From: Diplonema japonicum
Lineage: Eukaryota > Protista > Euglenozoa: Diplonemea
Direction of reading: 5' to 3'
DNA: 64,000 bases
NCBI GenBank assembly: GCA_964019335.1
Contig: OZ025664.1
Span: 124,001 to 188,000, forward strand
Made by a program: the position numbers and the translations under genes. This document shows, one piece after another, positions 36,137 through 45,740 of the stretch. A model generated the notes under the pieces. That model saw only the letters and a program-made list of their open reading frames with translations, did not search any database and was not told where the DNA came from. Every line of letters begins with the position of its first letter. The first letter of the stretch is position 1.

Positions 36137-38211
36137 ATGAGGCGTAGGGTGCTGCGCTGCCTGGCATCGCAATGTCGGTACAACCGAGACCCGAGGGGGC
36201 AGAAGTGGGATTTTGTGACGAAGCCGGACACCAAGAACAGGATCAAGATGGTACACGATGGGTGGGATGAGTATGACCAAAGCGGGAGGATGCTGAAGTC
36301 CGTGCGTAACGGGAAACTGGTCTACGGGAAGGACACACCGCAGCACGATTTCAAACAGCAGACACTGCGGCCTGCATCGGAGCCCGAACGGCAGCAGCCA
36401 CCCCGCCCTACTAGAAACACCACCGACCAGATGAAAGACCCGTGGAAGGCAGACAGCAACGGAATCTGGTACTCAGCTATCACACAGCAACCCATCAACA
36501 AAGAAAAGTACTTCGTCTATCCAGGGAACGGGAAGACGGTGGAGCAAGTACTGCAGGAAATGGATGCCAACAACCTAATGAACTGGAAACCAAAGAGGAA
36601 CAGGCGCACCATCATCCTGATCGACTCCAAGTGGTCAGGGTGGCACGAGGTGCAGTGGGATGGAACCGTCATCAAAACCATTCGAGAGAAGAAAGCACCG
36701 CACCCAGAGCTCCCCAGCTCCATGACCGACACGCCGCTGGAAGCTGAGTACGAAGCGATCAAGAAGAAGATGCAGGAAGAGAACAGAGAGAAGCAGTTCA
36801 GCGAGATCGCAAGGGAAGAATCAGTGTCGAGACACCAGCCTCCGAAGGATGACATGGAGCTGGATGGAAAGAGTCTGATCAAACTGGTGAACAAGAGCGA
36901 CAACATGCTTGTCCGGGCGTACATGGTGTTCAAGTTCATGGAACGGAAGAACCTTGTGGCGACGGCGGTGACCTTTAACAGCTTGCTGACAGCGTGCCTG
37001 AACACATGCCAGTTTGAGATGGGAATCAACGTGTGGAGAATGATGCTCTCACGCGGTATCCTGCCCGACGTGCAAGCCTACAACACGCTCATGTCGTTGT
37101 CGGCAAAAAGCGGCAAACGGGAGTTCGTCTTCCGTGTGTTTGAAGAAATGGAATCGTTTGGGTTAAACGCCGACAGGTTCACATACCACGTGTTGCTTCA
37201 GGCAGACAGTGTCAGAGCGCATAAAATTGTGAAGAGACATCACAGCACAACACCAGGCACGGTACCCGATGGTATCTTGATGAGAATGTACTGCGACACG
37301 GAGGACGCAGTGAACGCGTTTGATTTGTGGGACATGTTGATGCGGTCTAGGAGGTCGCCGTCTGTGGAAGACTACAACTCGATGCTGTTGCTGTGCGAGA
37401 GGCGGAACGAGTACGACAAGGCGATGGAAATCTTCAACAACATGGAGGAACGATCGGTGTCGCCGAACTTCCTGACATACAACACGGTCATGAACATGAT
37501 GGCGATCAACGGCGACGTCGAGAAGCTGCACAAGGTGCAGACCATGATGCATGACAGAAAGGTCACAACGCTAGTTGTGCTGTCAACATTCAACTTTGCA
37601 GGTCGTGAGACTTCCATTGTCAACGGGGTCAACATGAACCTGTCGGTCTCGATAGATGTGCCAACGTTCGATGGTGAGCAAGACACTGCCATGTCGTTGA
37701 TAACCTTGCAGATGGTTCAGTACTTGGAACACAATTCAGATTACGTTGTGAATTTGAAGGTATTATTCAATTGAGAAAGAGAAAAAAAAAAAAAACAGGG
37801 TCTCCCCACGTATACCCTCATGCATCTTGGTAGGGAGTACATGCAAAGAGCATCTCTTCAGTTCCATTGTGAAAAGAAATCCCTCGCCTACCTGCTTTTG
37901 AAGAATGGTGCGACACCTTCTCATCTACCTCCCAAGCAGCTGCCGCGAATCAACGTGAACGCGAGGATGTGCATGGACTGTCATGATGTGTTTGCTGCTG
38001 CAAGCAAGTCGTTCAGAGTGAAGCTGGAGTGCAACGACAACAACATGTTGCATGTGTTCGAAGAGGGTGAAGATTTAAGGTACTGTCGATTGTTTACCTT
38101 TTAAATTCCATTTTTTTTTTCCCCCCTTCTTTCCACAGTTGTGAAGAAGGTTGGCGAACGCGTGACGCTATCAACGTCCCAGGAAGCGGTCAGTACGGAG
38201 GTGGGCTTTAG
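36137..38211 (+). CDS. PPR protein (P-type repeats) with C-terminal DYW-like deaminase domain, 3 exons
   Basis: Presequence-like MRRRVLRCLASQCRY; 35-aa PPRs (VTFNSLLTAC..., QAYNTLMS..., EDYNSMLL..., LTYNTVMN...). Introns 37760..37798 and 38080..38138 give ...SLQFHCEKKSLA...NARMCMDCH...LHVFEEGEDLSCEEGWR...; stop TAG 38209-38211. Confidence 0.85.
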
Positions 38212-38291
38212 AAAGCAGTGCCATTACATACCACATGGTTTTCCCCATTATTCCCCCCCCCCCCCCCTCCCATCTCTACAAGATTTTCAAG

Positions 38292-38390
38292 GTGTCCAGT
38301 GATGAGAAATTCCGTTTAATAGTCTTCTTTCCAATGAAAATCATTTCCTGATTCCAACAACAGATAGCTGACAGTTTCATTCTGAGAACA
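38292..38390 (+). ncRNA. Box C/D snoRNA family A, copy 1
   Basis: C box GTGATGA (38299), D box CTGA (38382). GTCTTCTTTCC before a putative D' is complementary to conserved LSU rRNA GGAAAGAAGAC. Confidence 0.8.
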
Positions 38391-38429
38391 TTGTCTTTGT
38401 TTCCATCCCTGGTATTTCCATCTTTTTGT

Positions 38430-38534
38430 CTCTCTGATTAAAACACTTTACTTGACATTACTACCTGTCTTAGGTGAGGGGAGGCGAAGCCCCCCTTCTC
38501 CCTGTGCCGATCACTTACCCGCGCTTATGAGAAG
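38430..38534 (+). ncRNA. Box C/D snoRNA family B, variant B1, copy 1
   Basis: Degenerate boxes CTGATTA/ATGA, internal hairpin; TTACCCGCGCTT is complementary to LSU rRNA AAGCGCGGGTAA. Confidence 0.75.
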
Positions 38535-38556
38535 CAGCCTTGCGGGCAGGAACCGC

Positions 38557-38666
38557 TCCGAAGTGATGACATTGAATACACCGCAACGGTCTGAGTCCTG
38601 TCACGAGGATTAGAAACGTATTGACGTCTGGGAGGCCTCTTTTGGTCTCTTGGGCAGCTGATCGGA
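38557..38666 (+). ncRNA. Box C/D snoRNA family C, copy 1
   Basis: TCCGA/TCGGA terminal stem, C box GTGATGA, D' CTGA, D CTGA, internal hairpin. Confidence 0.8.
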
Positions 38667-38693
38667 ATAATTTTCTTTTTGCTTTTTTTTTCT

Positions 38694-38801
38694 TGCCACT
38701 GATTAAAACACTTTACTTGACATTACTACCTGTCTTAGGTGAAGGGGGTCAACAAGGCCTCCTTCTCCCAATGCCGATCACTTACCCGCGCTTATGAGGC
38801 A
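38694..38801 (+). ncRNA. Box C/D snoRNA family B, variant B2, copy 1
   Basis: Same guides as B1; TGCC/GGCA terminal stem; alternative hairpin sequence. Confidence 0.75.
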
Positions 38802-38826
38802 CTCTCTATGTCGGGGGGGGTGCCAC

Positions 38827-38924
38827 GTGTCCAGTGATGAGAAATTCCGTTTAATAGTCTTCTTTCCAATGAAAATCATTTCCTGATTCCAACAACAGAT
38901 AGCTGACAGTTTCATTCTGAGAAC
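38827..38924 (+). ncRNA. Box C/D snoRNA family A, copy 2
   Basis: Core identical to copy 1. Confidence 0.78.
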
Positions 38925-39775
38925 CGACTTTATGGGAAAAGGGGAAAAAAAGATTGTAGAACAGTACACCAAATACCCGCTTGGTTCTTTGTTAAAAAAA
39001 AGGGGGGGGGGACCAAAATATAAACAAAACACGGGAAACATGTTCCAGCTTGCTGCTGTCGTCTGAGGCGGGGAGTGGTGGGTCGTGCTCTGGACTTTCG
39101 ACTTTGCAAGGAAGAGGTGCGCGAGAGTGACCCACGCTGACGGGACGAGCTGCAACGACGGGGACGGGCGCCTTGCAAGGGTGAGATTGGAAGGAAAAAA
39201 CGTGCTTTCACCGTGGGGAAGGTTGGCCGGCGCAGCAGTCTAGGACGAGGGAGGTCGCGACGCCCTGTGCATAGGGCGGATTCTGCGGACACTCTGCACC
39301 CACTCCCACCCCCAGTCCCTGTCCCTGTTCTGTCCCCCCGCTGCTCAGGTCACAAGGAGAGTCACGAAAAGTTCGTGTCGAATGGTTTTGCAGGTTTGTG
39401 GTGACGGCGGATAAGGCTGCCGGTGGCATGAACAGGTGGAAGGTCAAGTCTGTGGCCGTGCTGGTGGCGAAGACCCCTGTGAGGTACTGGACCCCCGCTT
39501 TGCACCAGAGTCGTCCTCACCAGTGAAACAAGGCCCCCTTCCTTCCTCTTTTTCCTTGTTGGCACAAAATTAAATTACAGACATCGGAAGCTTTTTTCCA
39601 AACGCCCATGTTGTACTCAGTTGCTTCAGACGCGAGGCAATCTTATCTTATCTAGAGTAGTTTTTTTTTTCTCCCCTTGTAAATCGAAAACTTGGGAGTC
39701 TCACCATCTCGTTTACTCTTCTTTTTCTTATTGATATTTATTCTTTTTGCTGCGGTTCTGTCGAGAATGCTTGCT

Positions 39776-39874
39776 GTGTCCAGTGATGAGAAATTCCGTT
39801 TAATAGTCTTCTTTCCAATGAAAATCATTTCCTGATTCCAACAACAGATAGCTGACAGTTTCATTCTGAGAACA
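39776..39874 (+). ncRNA. Box C/D snoRNA family A, copy 3
   Basis: Core identical to copy 1. Confidence 0.78.
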
Positions 39875-39913
39875 TTGTCTTTGTTTCCATCCCTGGTATT
39901 TCCATCTTTTTGT

Positions 39914-40018
39914 CTCTCTGATTAAAACACTTTACTTGACATTACTACCTGTCTTAGGTGAGGGGAGGCGAAGCCCCCCTTCTCCCTGTGCCGATCACTT
40001 ACCCGCGCTTATGAGAAG
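39914..40018 (+). ncRNA. Box C/D snoRNA B1, copy 2
   Basis: Matches 38430..38534. Confidence 0.73.
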
Positions 40019-40040
40019 CAGCCTTGCGGGCAGGAACCGC

Positions 40041-40150
40041 TCCGAAGTGATGACATTGAATACACCGCAACGGTCTGAGTCCTGTCACGAGGATTAGAAA
40101 CGTATTGACGTCTGGGAGGCCTCTTTTGGTCTCTTGGACAGCTGATTGGA
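40041..40150 (+). ncRNA. Box C/D snoRNA family C, copy 2
   Basis: Terminal stem TCCGA/TTGGA (G-U variant); boxes intact. Confidence 0.78.
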
Positions 40151-40213
40151 ATCATTTTTTCAAGGGCGAACATCGCCTTTTCCCGCTCATGCATGCACAA
40201 TGTGGATGATGTC

Positions 40214-40312
40214 GTGTCCAGTGATGAAAAATTCCGTTTAATAGTCTTCTTTCCAATGAAAATCATTTCGTGATTCCAACAACAGATAGCTGACAGTTTC
40301 ATTCTGAAGACA
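40214..40312 (+). ncRNA. Box C/D snoRNA family A, copy 4 (variant)
   Basis: A few substitutions outside the matched guides; TGTC/GACA terminal stem. Confidence 0.78.
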
Positions 40313-40393
40313 GACAAAGTCGCACCTTCCATCCCCCGTGCCGTCTTTCCAAAAACCCAAGTTCCACGTTGTGCTTTCCCGCCCTTTCACGTG

Positions 40394-40498
40394 TTCTCTG
40401 ATTAAAACACTTTACTTGACATTACTACCTGTCTTAGGTGAGGGGAGGCGAAGCCCCCCTTCTCCCTGTGCTGATCTCTTACCCGCGCTTATGAGAAG
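40394..40498 (+). ncRNA. Box C/D snoRNA B1, copy 3
   Basis: Putative C' box GTGCTGA here versus GTGCCGA in the other B1 copies. Confidence 0.73.
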
Positions 40499-40520
40499 CA
40501 GCCTTGCGAGCAGGAACCGC

Positions 40521-40630
40521 TCCGAAGTGATGACATTGAATACACCGCAACGGTCTGAGTCCTGTCACGAGGATTAGAAACGTATTGACGTCTGGGAGGC
40601 CTCTTTTGGTCTCTTGGGCAGCTGATCGGA
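40521..40630 (+). ncRNA. Box C/D snoRNA family C, copy 3
   Basis: Matches copy 1. Confidence 0.78.
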
Positions 40631-40680
40631 GTCATATTTTTGTTTTTGTTTTTTGCTTTCTTTGCTTTTTTTTTTGTTTT

Positions 40681-40788
40681 TGCCACTGATTAAAACACTT
40701 TACTTGACATTACTACCTGTCTTAGGTGAAGGGGGTCAACAAGGCCTCCTTCTCCCAATGCCGATCACTTACCCGCGCTTATGAGGCA
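40681..40788 (+). ncRNA. Box C/D snoRNA B2, copy 2
   Basis: Matches 38694..38801. Confidence 0.73.
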
Positions 40789-40813
40789 CTCTCTATGTCG
40801 GGGGGGGTGCCAC

Positions 40814-40911
40814 GTGTCCAGTGATGAGAAATTCCGTTTAATAGTCTTCTTTCCAATGAAAATCATTTCCTGATTCCAACAACAGATAGCTGACAGTTTC
40901 ATTCTGAGAAC
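40814..40911 (+). ncRNA. Box C/D snoRNA family A, copy 5
   Basis: Matches copy 2, including the downstream CCGACTTTATGGGAAAAGGGG. Confidence 0.78.
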
Positions 40912-40987
40912 CGACTTTATGGGAAAAGGGGGAACACATTATTTTCAAAAAGAAAAAAGGGGGTATTTTTCAAACGACAAAAAAAAA

Positions 40988-41998
40988 ATGAGAAGAACAC
41001 TTGCGACACTGCAGTTGGGTAAGATGAAGGGGTTGGTGTGCCCACCGTTTACCCCATACACACCAGAAGGGGCCGTGAATTTTGAGGTGATTCCGGAACA
41101 GATTAAGATTATTGGGGAGACAGGGGCATCGGCAGTGTTCTTGGGTGGGACGGCAAGCGAAGGAGCGAGCCAGACGATTGAAGAGAGGGTGAAGGTGGCG
41201 GAGACGTACAAAGCGGAGTTCGCAAGACAGAACCTTGACATCAAGCTGATCCAACACGTGGGCGCAACGTCGTTGGTGGAGTCGCAGATCCTGGCGAAGG
41301 AGGCGGAGAAGATCGGGGTTGACGCCATCGCCAGCGTTACACCGACATTCTTCAAGCCAGCAAACATCCAACAAATGATCAAATGGCTTGGGGGGCTCGC
41401 TGCCTCTGCTCCTTCGACACCTTTCTACTACTATCACATCCCCGTGATGACAAACCTCCCTGCCACCATTGGTATGCGTAAGTTCCTCACTGAGGCGGAC
41501 GGGAAGATCCCCACCCTCCACGGTGTGAAGTACACTGCTATGAACCTATGTGAGTACTCGGACTTGTGCGACGTGGCCGATGGGAAGTACGACATCATGG
41601 CAGGCCTCAGCGAGCAGATGCTCGCCGCCCTTGCTATGGGTGCAAAGTCGTCTGTCTCCGTTCCCTTCAACCTACCTTTCGCAATGAAGTATTATAGAGA
41701 AGTTCTCGGGCTCTTCAAAGAGGGCAATATGGCTGAAGCCCTTAAGCTTCAGAAGGAGATCAATGAACTGACCTTCCTCCTCCAGGTACGTTGTATACTT
41801 TTTTTGAAAAATTCTAAAACACTGTCACAGCATGGTGGTCACGGCCACGCCATCCCCGTCATGAGGGCAATGTACGAGATGGAAACTGGTATTAACCTTG
41901 GTCCTTGCCGCCTCCCGCTCGAGCCCGTTTCTCTGGAGACTGTTAAAGTTCTCGAAAGCAAGCTGAACCTTCTTGGCTTCCTCAGACGGGATATCTAA
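40988..41998 (+). CDS. DHDPS/N-acetylneuraminate lyase family protein, probable in-frame intron 41786..41830
   Basis: PPFTP, GGTASEG, HVGA, FYYYHIP, GVKYT (Schiff-base Lys), GPCRLP. A 45-nt AT-rich GTACG...CACAG segment interrupts the coding composition. Confidence 0.87.
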   Translation: MRRTLATLQLGKMKGLVCPPFTPYTPEGAVNFEVIPEQIKIIGETGASAVFLGGTASEGASQTIEERVKVAETYKAEFARQNLDIKLIQHVGATSLVESQILAKEAEKIGVDAIASVTPTFFKPANIQQMIKWLGGLAASAPSTPFYYYHIPVMTNLPATIGMRKFLTEADGKIPTLHGVKYTAMNLCEYSDLCDVADGKYDIMAGLSEQMLAALAMGAKSSVSVPFNLPFAMKYYREVLGLFKEGNMAEALKLQKEINELTFLLQVRCILFLKNSKTLSQHGGHGHAIPVMRAMYEMETGINLGPCRLPLEPVSLETVKVLESKLNLLGFLRRDI

Positions 41999-42317
41999 AA
42001 GCACAGGGGTTTTTTTGTATTCTCTTTTTATTTTTATGTTTTGCTGCTTAGCGTGAACCATGAGTCTGCTCTGTAGTTTCTCCCCACACGCAAAAACCTC
42101 CGTTCGCACGCCTTTCGTCTTGTTACATTCTTCTTATTTTATTCCGCCCCTCGGCAGGAGGGGTGATTTATTCGCGGGGTTTGGCGTTCTCTTTTTTTTT
42201 TTTTTTTTTTTTTTTCTTCTCTTCTTTTTATTCGTATTTTTGCCTTCGCAAAAAAAAAAAAAAAAAAAAAAAACATTACCACAGAATTCCGGTTAGTTTA
42301 AAAAAACCCTTAACAAA

Positions 42318-42693
42318 ATGGTCCAGCGTCTTCACCTCAGGAACCACAGCAAGTTCCCCACCAAGAGCAACAAGTTCGTGATCAAGCACATCCCGGGTGG
42401 TAAGCTTCACATGCAGTCGATCAAGAAGAAGGTGTCCGGCCCCAGGACCCCCAGGTACTTGGGTCACCAGCGTCTTGCCGGTGTTAAGGTATGTTATGTG
42501 AGGATATAACGAAACACAACAACAGGCTCTCCGCCCCGTTGACGCCACCGCGGCCCCCAAGAGGAGGAAGACCGTGTCCCGTGCCTACGGTGGTGTCCTT
42601 ACCCACACCCAGGTCAGGGAGCGTGTGATTCGCGCCTTCCTCATCGAGGAGCAGAAGATCGTGAAGCGCGTGCTCAGGAAGAACAAGCACTAG
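42318..42693 (+). CDS. RPL34: 60S ribosomal protein L34 (eL34), 2 exons
   Basis: MVQRL...TKSNK...PGGKL; after intron 42489..42525, KTVSRAYGG...[18 protein letters not shown]. Confidence 0.96.
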
Positions 42694-42774
42694 ATGGATT
42701 AGTACATTAGGTTTTTTGAGTCATATATTAGTTAACACCTACCTCGTCGCGTATCACAAACACACAGGAGCAAC

Positions 42775-44016
42775 ATGTCTGACGAAGGTGAAACAAACCC
42801 GTGGAAGGCGCAGCTGAAGCGCGCCGGGTCCCCACCCGCCGTGTCGCCCACTCCCAAGTCGCCCACTACCACCATGCCCGCTACCCCCATGAGCCCAGCA
42901 CCTATTACCAAGAGAGCATCTACTAATCTGAGCGTCAAAAATGGGGAGCCTGGACCCGCCAACCCTGTGACACCCAGGTCAGTTATCAAGGATGGAGGGA
43001 GTTTCGCAGGGACCCTCCGGGAAAACAACCAGGGCGGTGCCTCTCCAGCTCAGTCGCCTCCTATCTCCAGGCATGCTTCCACAATCGGTGGGGTTGTCCC
43101 ACCACACTCGCCAGCCTTCAGCATCAAAAAAGATCCTGAGGTGCAGAGTAGCCGTGCCTCGAATGCCGGTGATGCTGCCTCCCAGACGGGGTCCACGGCA
43201 CCGGCAGATATTCAAATAGAGGGTGCCAGCAGTATGGATGGTGATGCTGCGGAGGCCCCACAGCCGCCTCCCCCGCTGAGCCTGCCCGAAAGGGTTGCCG
43301 AGCTCGAGGGGCTGCTGGCAGTGAGAGAGAGGGAGCTGCACGCGTCGAGGGAACAGGTGAACAGCTTGCAGAGGTTGCAGCAGAACTCAACCATGGATGC
43401 CAAGGTGAGAGTGTTGAACGAGGAGAGAGCAAAGCTGGCTATGAAGCTAAAGGAAATGGATACAAAGCTGCACAAGGAGATCGACAAGCTGAAGAAAGAT
43501 GTGAAGTCGAAGGACAGCACGATTCACGACCTGAAACAGAAGGCATCAAAGGAGCATGGGGCGAGGAAGTCCATCAACGAGGGAGAGATAAACAAACTTT
43601 CGGCAAACGCAGCAGCAATGGAAGGACAAGTGAGGGAGATGGGTCTCAAAATGCAGACATTGCAGAGGGCTATGGCTGAGAAGGAGGCGGAGAACTTGGC
43701 GCTTGCGAAGCAGTTACACAAGGCGCAAGATGCGATTGTAAACGGGGCTTCTGTGGGATACGAACAGGAGGTGAAGCTGCACCAGGCCCGCTCCGCACTG
43801 CACACCATCATGTCCGAGGTGTCGGTGGCAGCTTCACCCACCAGGGAGCGAAGCAGCATTACTCCAAGAGCCATCACCACACCCAGTTCACCCCCTGCCG
43901 CCCAGCCTTCACCCACCTACACCTCACCTCCACGCTACGCTTTTTCTTACTCGCCAAGGGCGTCTCAATCCCCTACAGCTCACCCGCACCAGCACCAGCA
44001 CCTGCACGGCCAGTAG
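42775..44016 (+). CDS. Hypothetical coiled-coil protein with SP/TP-rich termini
   Basis: 413-aa ORF after a CACACAG acceptor; heptad-rich centre. Confidence 0.75.
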   Translation: MSDEGETNPWKAQLKRAGSPPAVSPTPKSPTTTMPATPMSPAPITKRASTNLSVKNGEPGPANPVTPRSVIKDGGSFAGTLRENNQGGASPAQSPPISRHASTIGGVVPPHSPAFSIKKDPEVQSSRASNAGDAASQTGSTAPADIQIEGASSMDGDAAEAPQPPPPLSLPERVAELEGLLAVRERELHASREQVNSLQRLQQNSTMDAKVRVLNEERAKLAMKLKEMDTKLHKEIDKLKKDVKSKDSTIHDLKQKASKEHGARKSINEGEINKLSANAAAMEGQVREMGLKMQTLQRAMAEKEAENLALAKQLHKAQDAIVNGASVGYEQEVKLHQARSALHTIMSEVSVAASPTRERSSITPRAITTPSSPPAAQPSPTYTSPPRYAFSYSPRASQSPTAHPHQHQHLHGQ

Positions 44017-44393
44017 TATCCTTTTGGTGCCTGTGCCTTTTCTTTTTCAAAGAGCGCCTACAGGAAGTATTGGACGATTCAGTTAACAGAATAGTTTTTC
44101 TTTTTTTTACTTTTTGATCCTTTGTCTTGCCCAACTGCAAACCACCTTCAATTCCCCTGCTCTCTCACTCGAGAAAAAAAAAAAAAAACCTTTGTTTTGT
44201 ACTTTCCCCCAACTTTTTTCCTTCATTCTCATTTTTGTTTCTCCCCCCCCCCTTTTTTTTGTAGTCTTCCCTCCCTCAGCTGTCCTTTTACCCTTATAAG
44301 CCATCCTCCCAGCACGGAGTGTCTTTTCTTTCTCTTTTTCTCTCTCTTCCTTCTCCCCTTTGTCATTGCACCCGACAGCACAGCGGGCAGGGA

Positions 44394-45740
44394 ATGGAGT
44401 ACAACAACGGTGCCCCGGACATAGAATGGTCACCAGGCGAGCTGGTGGTCGGGACCCCAATGATCCAGGAGTATAAGAATAAAAGAGGAAGGCGGGGAAC
44501 GGATCTGGGTCTGCTATTGCAAAGGCCGGACGAGAGGGTACCGAGCAAGGAAGAGTTCGAGGGGATGATGGCGATGGGGAACCCGCCGTGCTGCTCCTTG
44601 ATCGTGAGAGGGATGTCGGGAACGGAAACCATCTTACTTGAAGGAGTAGAATGGGGTAAACTCGTGGTGGCAATGGAAAAAGCGACGGCCCGAACAGGAA
44701 AAGTGACCGGTGTGGCTGCAAACCAATCTCTGAAAAGAATCTACCTGATAGGACCCGGTCTGCCCGAAACCGGAATGCCGCTACGCCTACCGAAGCTAGG
44801 CTTCAGCGAACAACTCTACACCTTGGAAGACACTCTTAGAAAAACAGGCGTGCCTTTCAACTTCGGCCTCACCTGCCAACCAGACATCGACAATCTACAA
44901 GTCATGGAACTGATCAAAATGAGGGAGCCACTCGTGAACCTTCCAATGTGTCATCTTGACACAGAGACTATTGTTTCTTATGTACGGAAATATGCAGAGG
45001 CGAAGGCTGTGGTGACGTATCTCGCGTTGAAGAGTTATGTGGAGCAGTTGAAGGTTGATGGGATCGGGATTTCGGGGGATGGGAACTCTTGGTACACGCT
45101 GGACGGGAGGAAAGGGCTGATACCGTGGATTGCAAAGGAAAACGTCCGACCTTTCGAACCACCGCCGCCTCTTAAAGTAGGGGGTTCTACTCTGTCACCT
45201 CGTTCCGCTCCCAGATCCGCGACTACAACCTCTCATCTGGCCCCGTCGGTAAGGTCGCGGTCTCCTCGTTCCCCAGCTTCGTCGTTGTTGAAATCTCCTC
45301 GAACGACAGGTGGCGGGTTAACTCCTCGATCGAGGTCTCGATCTCATTCCAATTCTCGGGCAGGTAGATCTCAGCCATGGCGGCCGTCTGGTGGGCGTGT
45401 TCCTTCTGTGGCCCCGTCTGACACATATACCGCAAGTTCCTCCCACAGATCCAAAAGGGTCACCACCCAACACCACCATGTTGAGGATCTTATAAACAAA
45501 CAAACATATGTAGTCGGGCCCAGTATTCTTCACATTCCCGCGGGTATGGTTGTCTCCGTTGATCCTGAATATGGGCTGAAGGTATTTGAAAGAATTAAAA
45601 AAAAAAAAAAAAAAATTCTCTGTTCACAGCCCCTCAGAGTTGTTATGCACGAAGGCGGGAAGATCCTCTCCAGTGAATGTCCCATACCCTTGTCAGACCC
45701 TGATTTCCCTGTTGACAAACCCACGTATCTTGATTTGTAA
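44394..45740 (+). CDS. Hypothetical protein, probable in-frame intron 45582..45629
   Basis: Long ORF; the poly-A-containing 48-nt GTATT...CACAG segment explains the spurious poly-Lys. Confidence 0.7.
   Translation: MEYNNGAPDIEWSPGELVVGTPMIQEYKNKRGRRGTDLGLLLQRPDERVPSKEEFEGMMAMGNPPCCSLIVRGMSGTETILLEGVEWGKLVVAMEKATARTGKVTGVAANQSLKRIYLIGPGLPETGMPLRLPKLGFSEQLYTLEDTLRKTGVPFNFGLTCQPDIDNLQVMELIKMREPLVNLPMCHLDTETIVSYVRKYAEAKAVVTYLALKSYVEQLKVDGIGISGDGNSWYTLDGRKGLIPWIAKENVRPFEPPPPLKVGGSTLSPRSAPRSATTTSHLAPSVRSRSPRSPASSLLKSPRTTGGGLTPRSRSRSHSNSRAGRSQPWRPSGGRVPSVAPSDTYTASSSHRSKRVTTQHHHVEDLINKQTYVVGPSILHIPAGMVVSVDPEYGLKVFERIKKKKKKILCSQPLRVVMHEGGKILSSECPIPLSDPDFPVDKPTYLDL

Larger units (their letters stand above)
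38292..40930 (+). repeat. Tandemly duplicated box C/D snoRNA array: A-B1-C-B2-A-[spacer]-A-B1-C-A-B1-C-B2-A
   Basis: Near-identical ~100-110-nt units recur; spacers between them diverge more than the units do. Confidence 0.9.

Noticed and set aside
37562-37601. Additional GT...TTTGCAG intron in the PPR gene
   Set aside because: Removing these 40 nt shifts the frame into an early stop, while the unspliced frame continues into the DYW-like region.
5700-38211. Dedicated mitochondrial RNA-editing gene cluster (helical protein + TUTase + PPR-DYW)
   Set aside because: The genes are ~13 kb apart among unrelated genes, and the TUTase lacks a presequence. Co-location in a polycistronic genome is not evidence of shared function.
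38292-40930. CRISPR-like repeat array
   Set aside because: Units are ~100 nt with C/D boxes and rRNA complementarity. There are no short repeats with unique spacers, no cas genes, and the context is eukaryotic.
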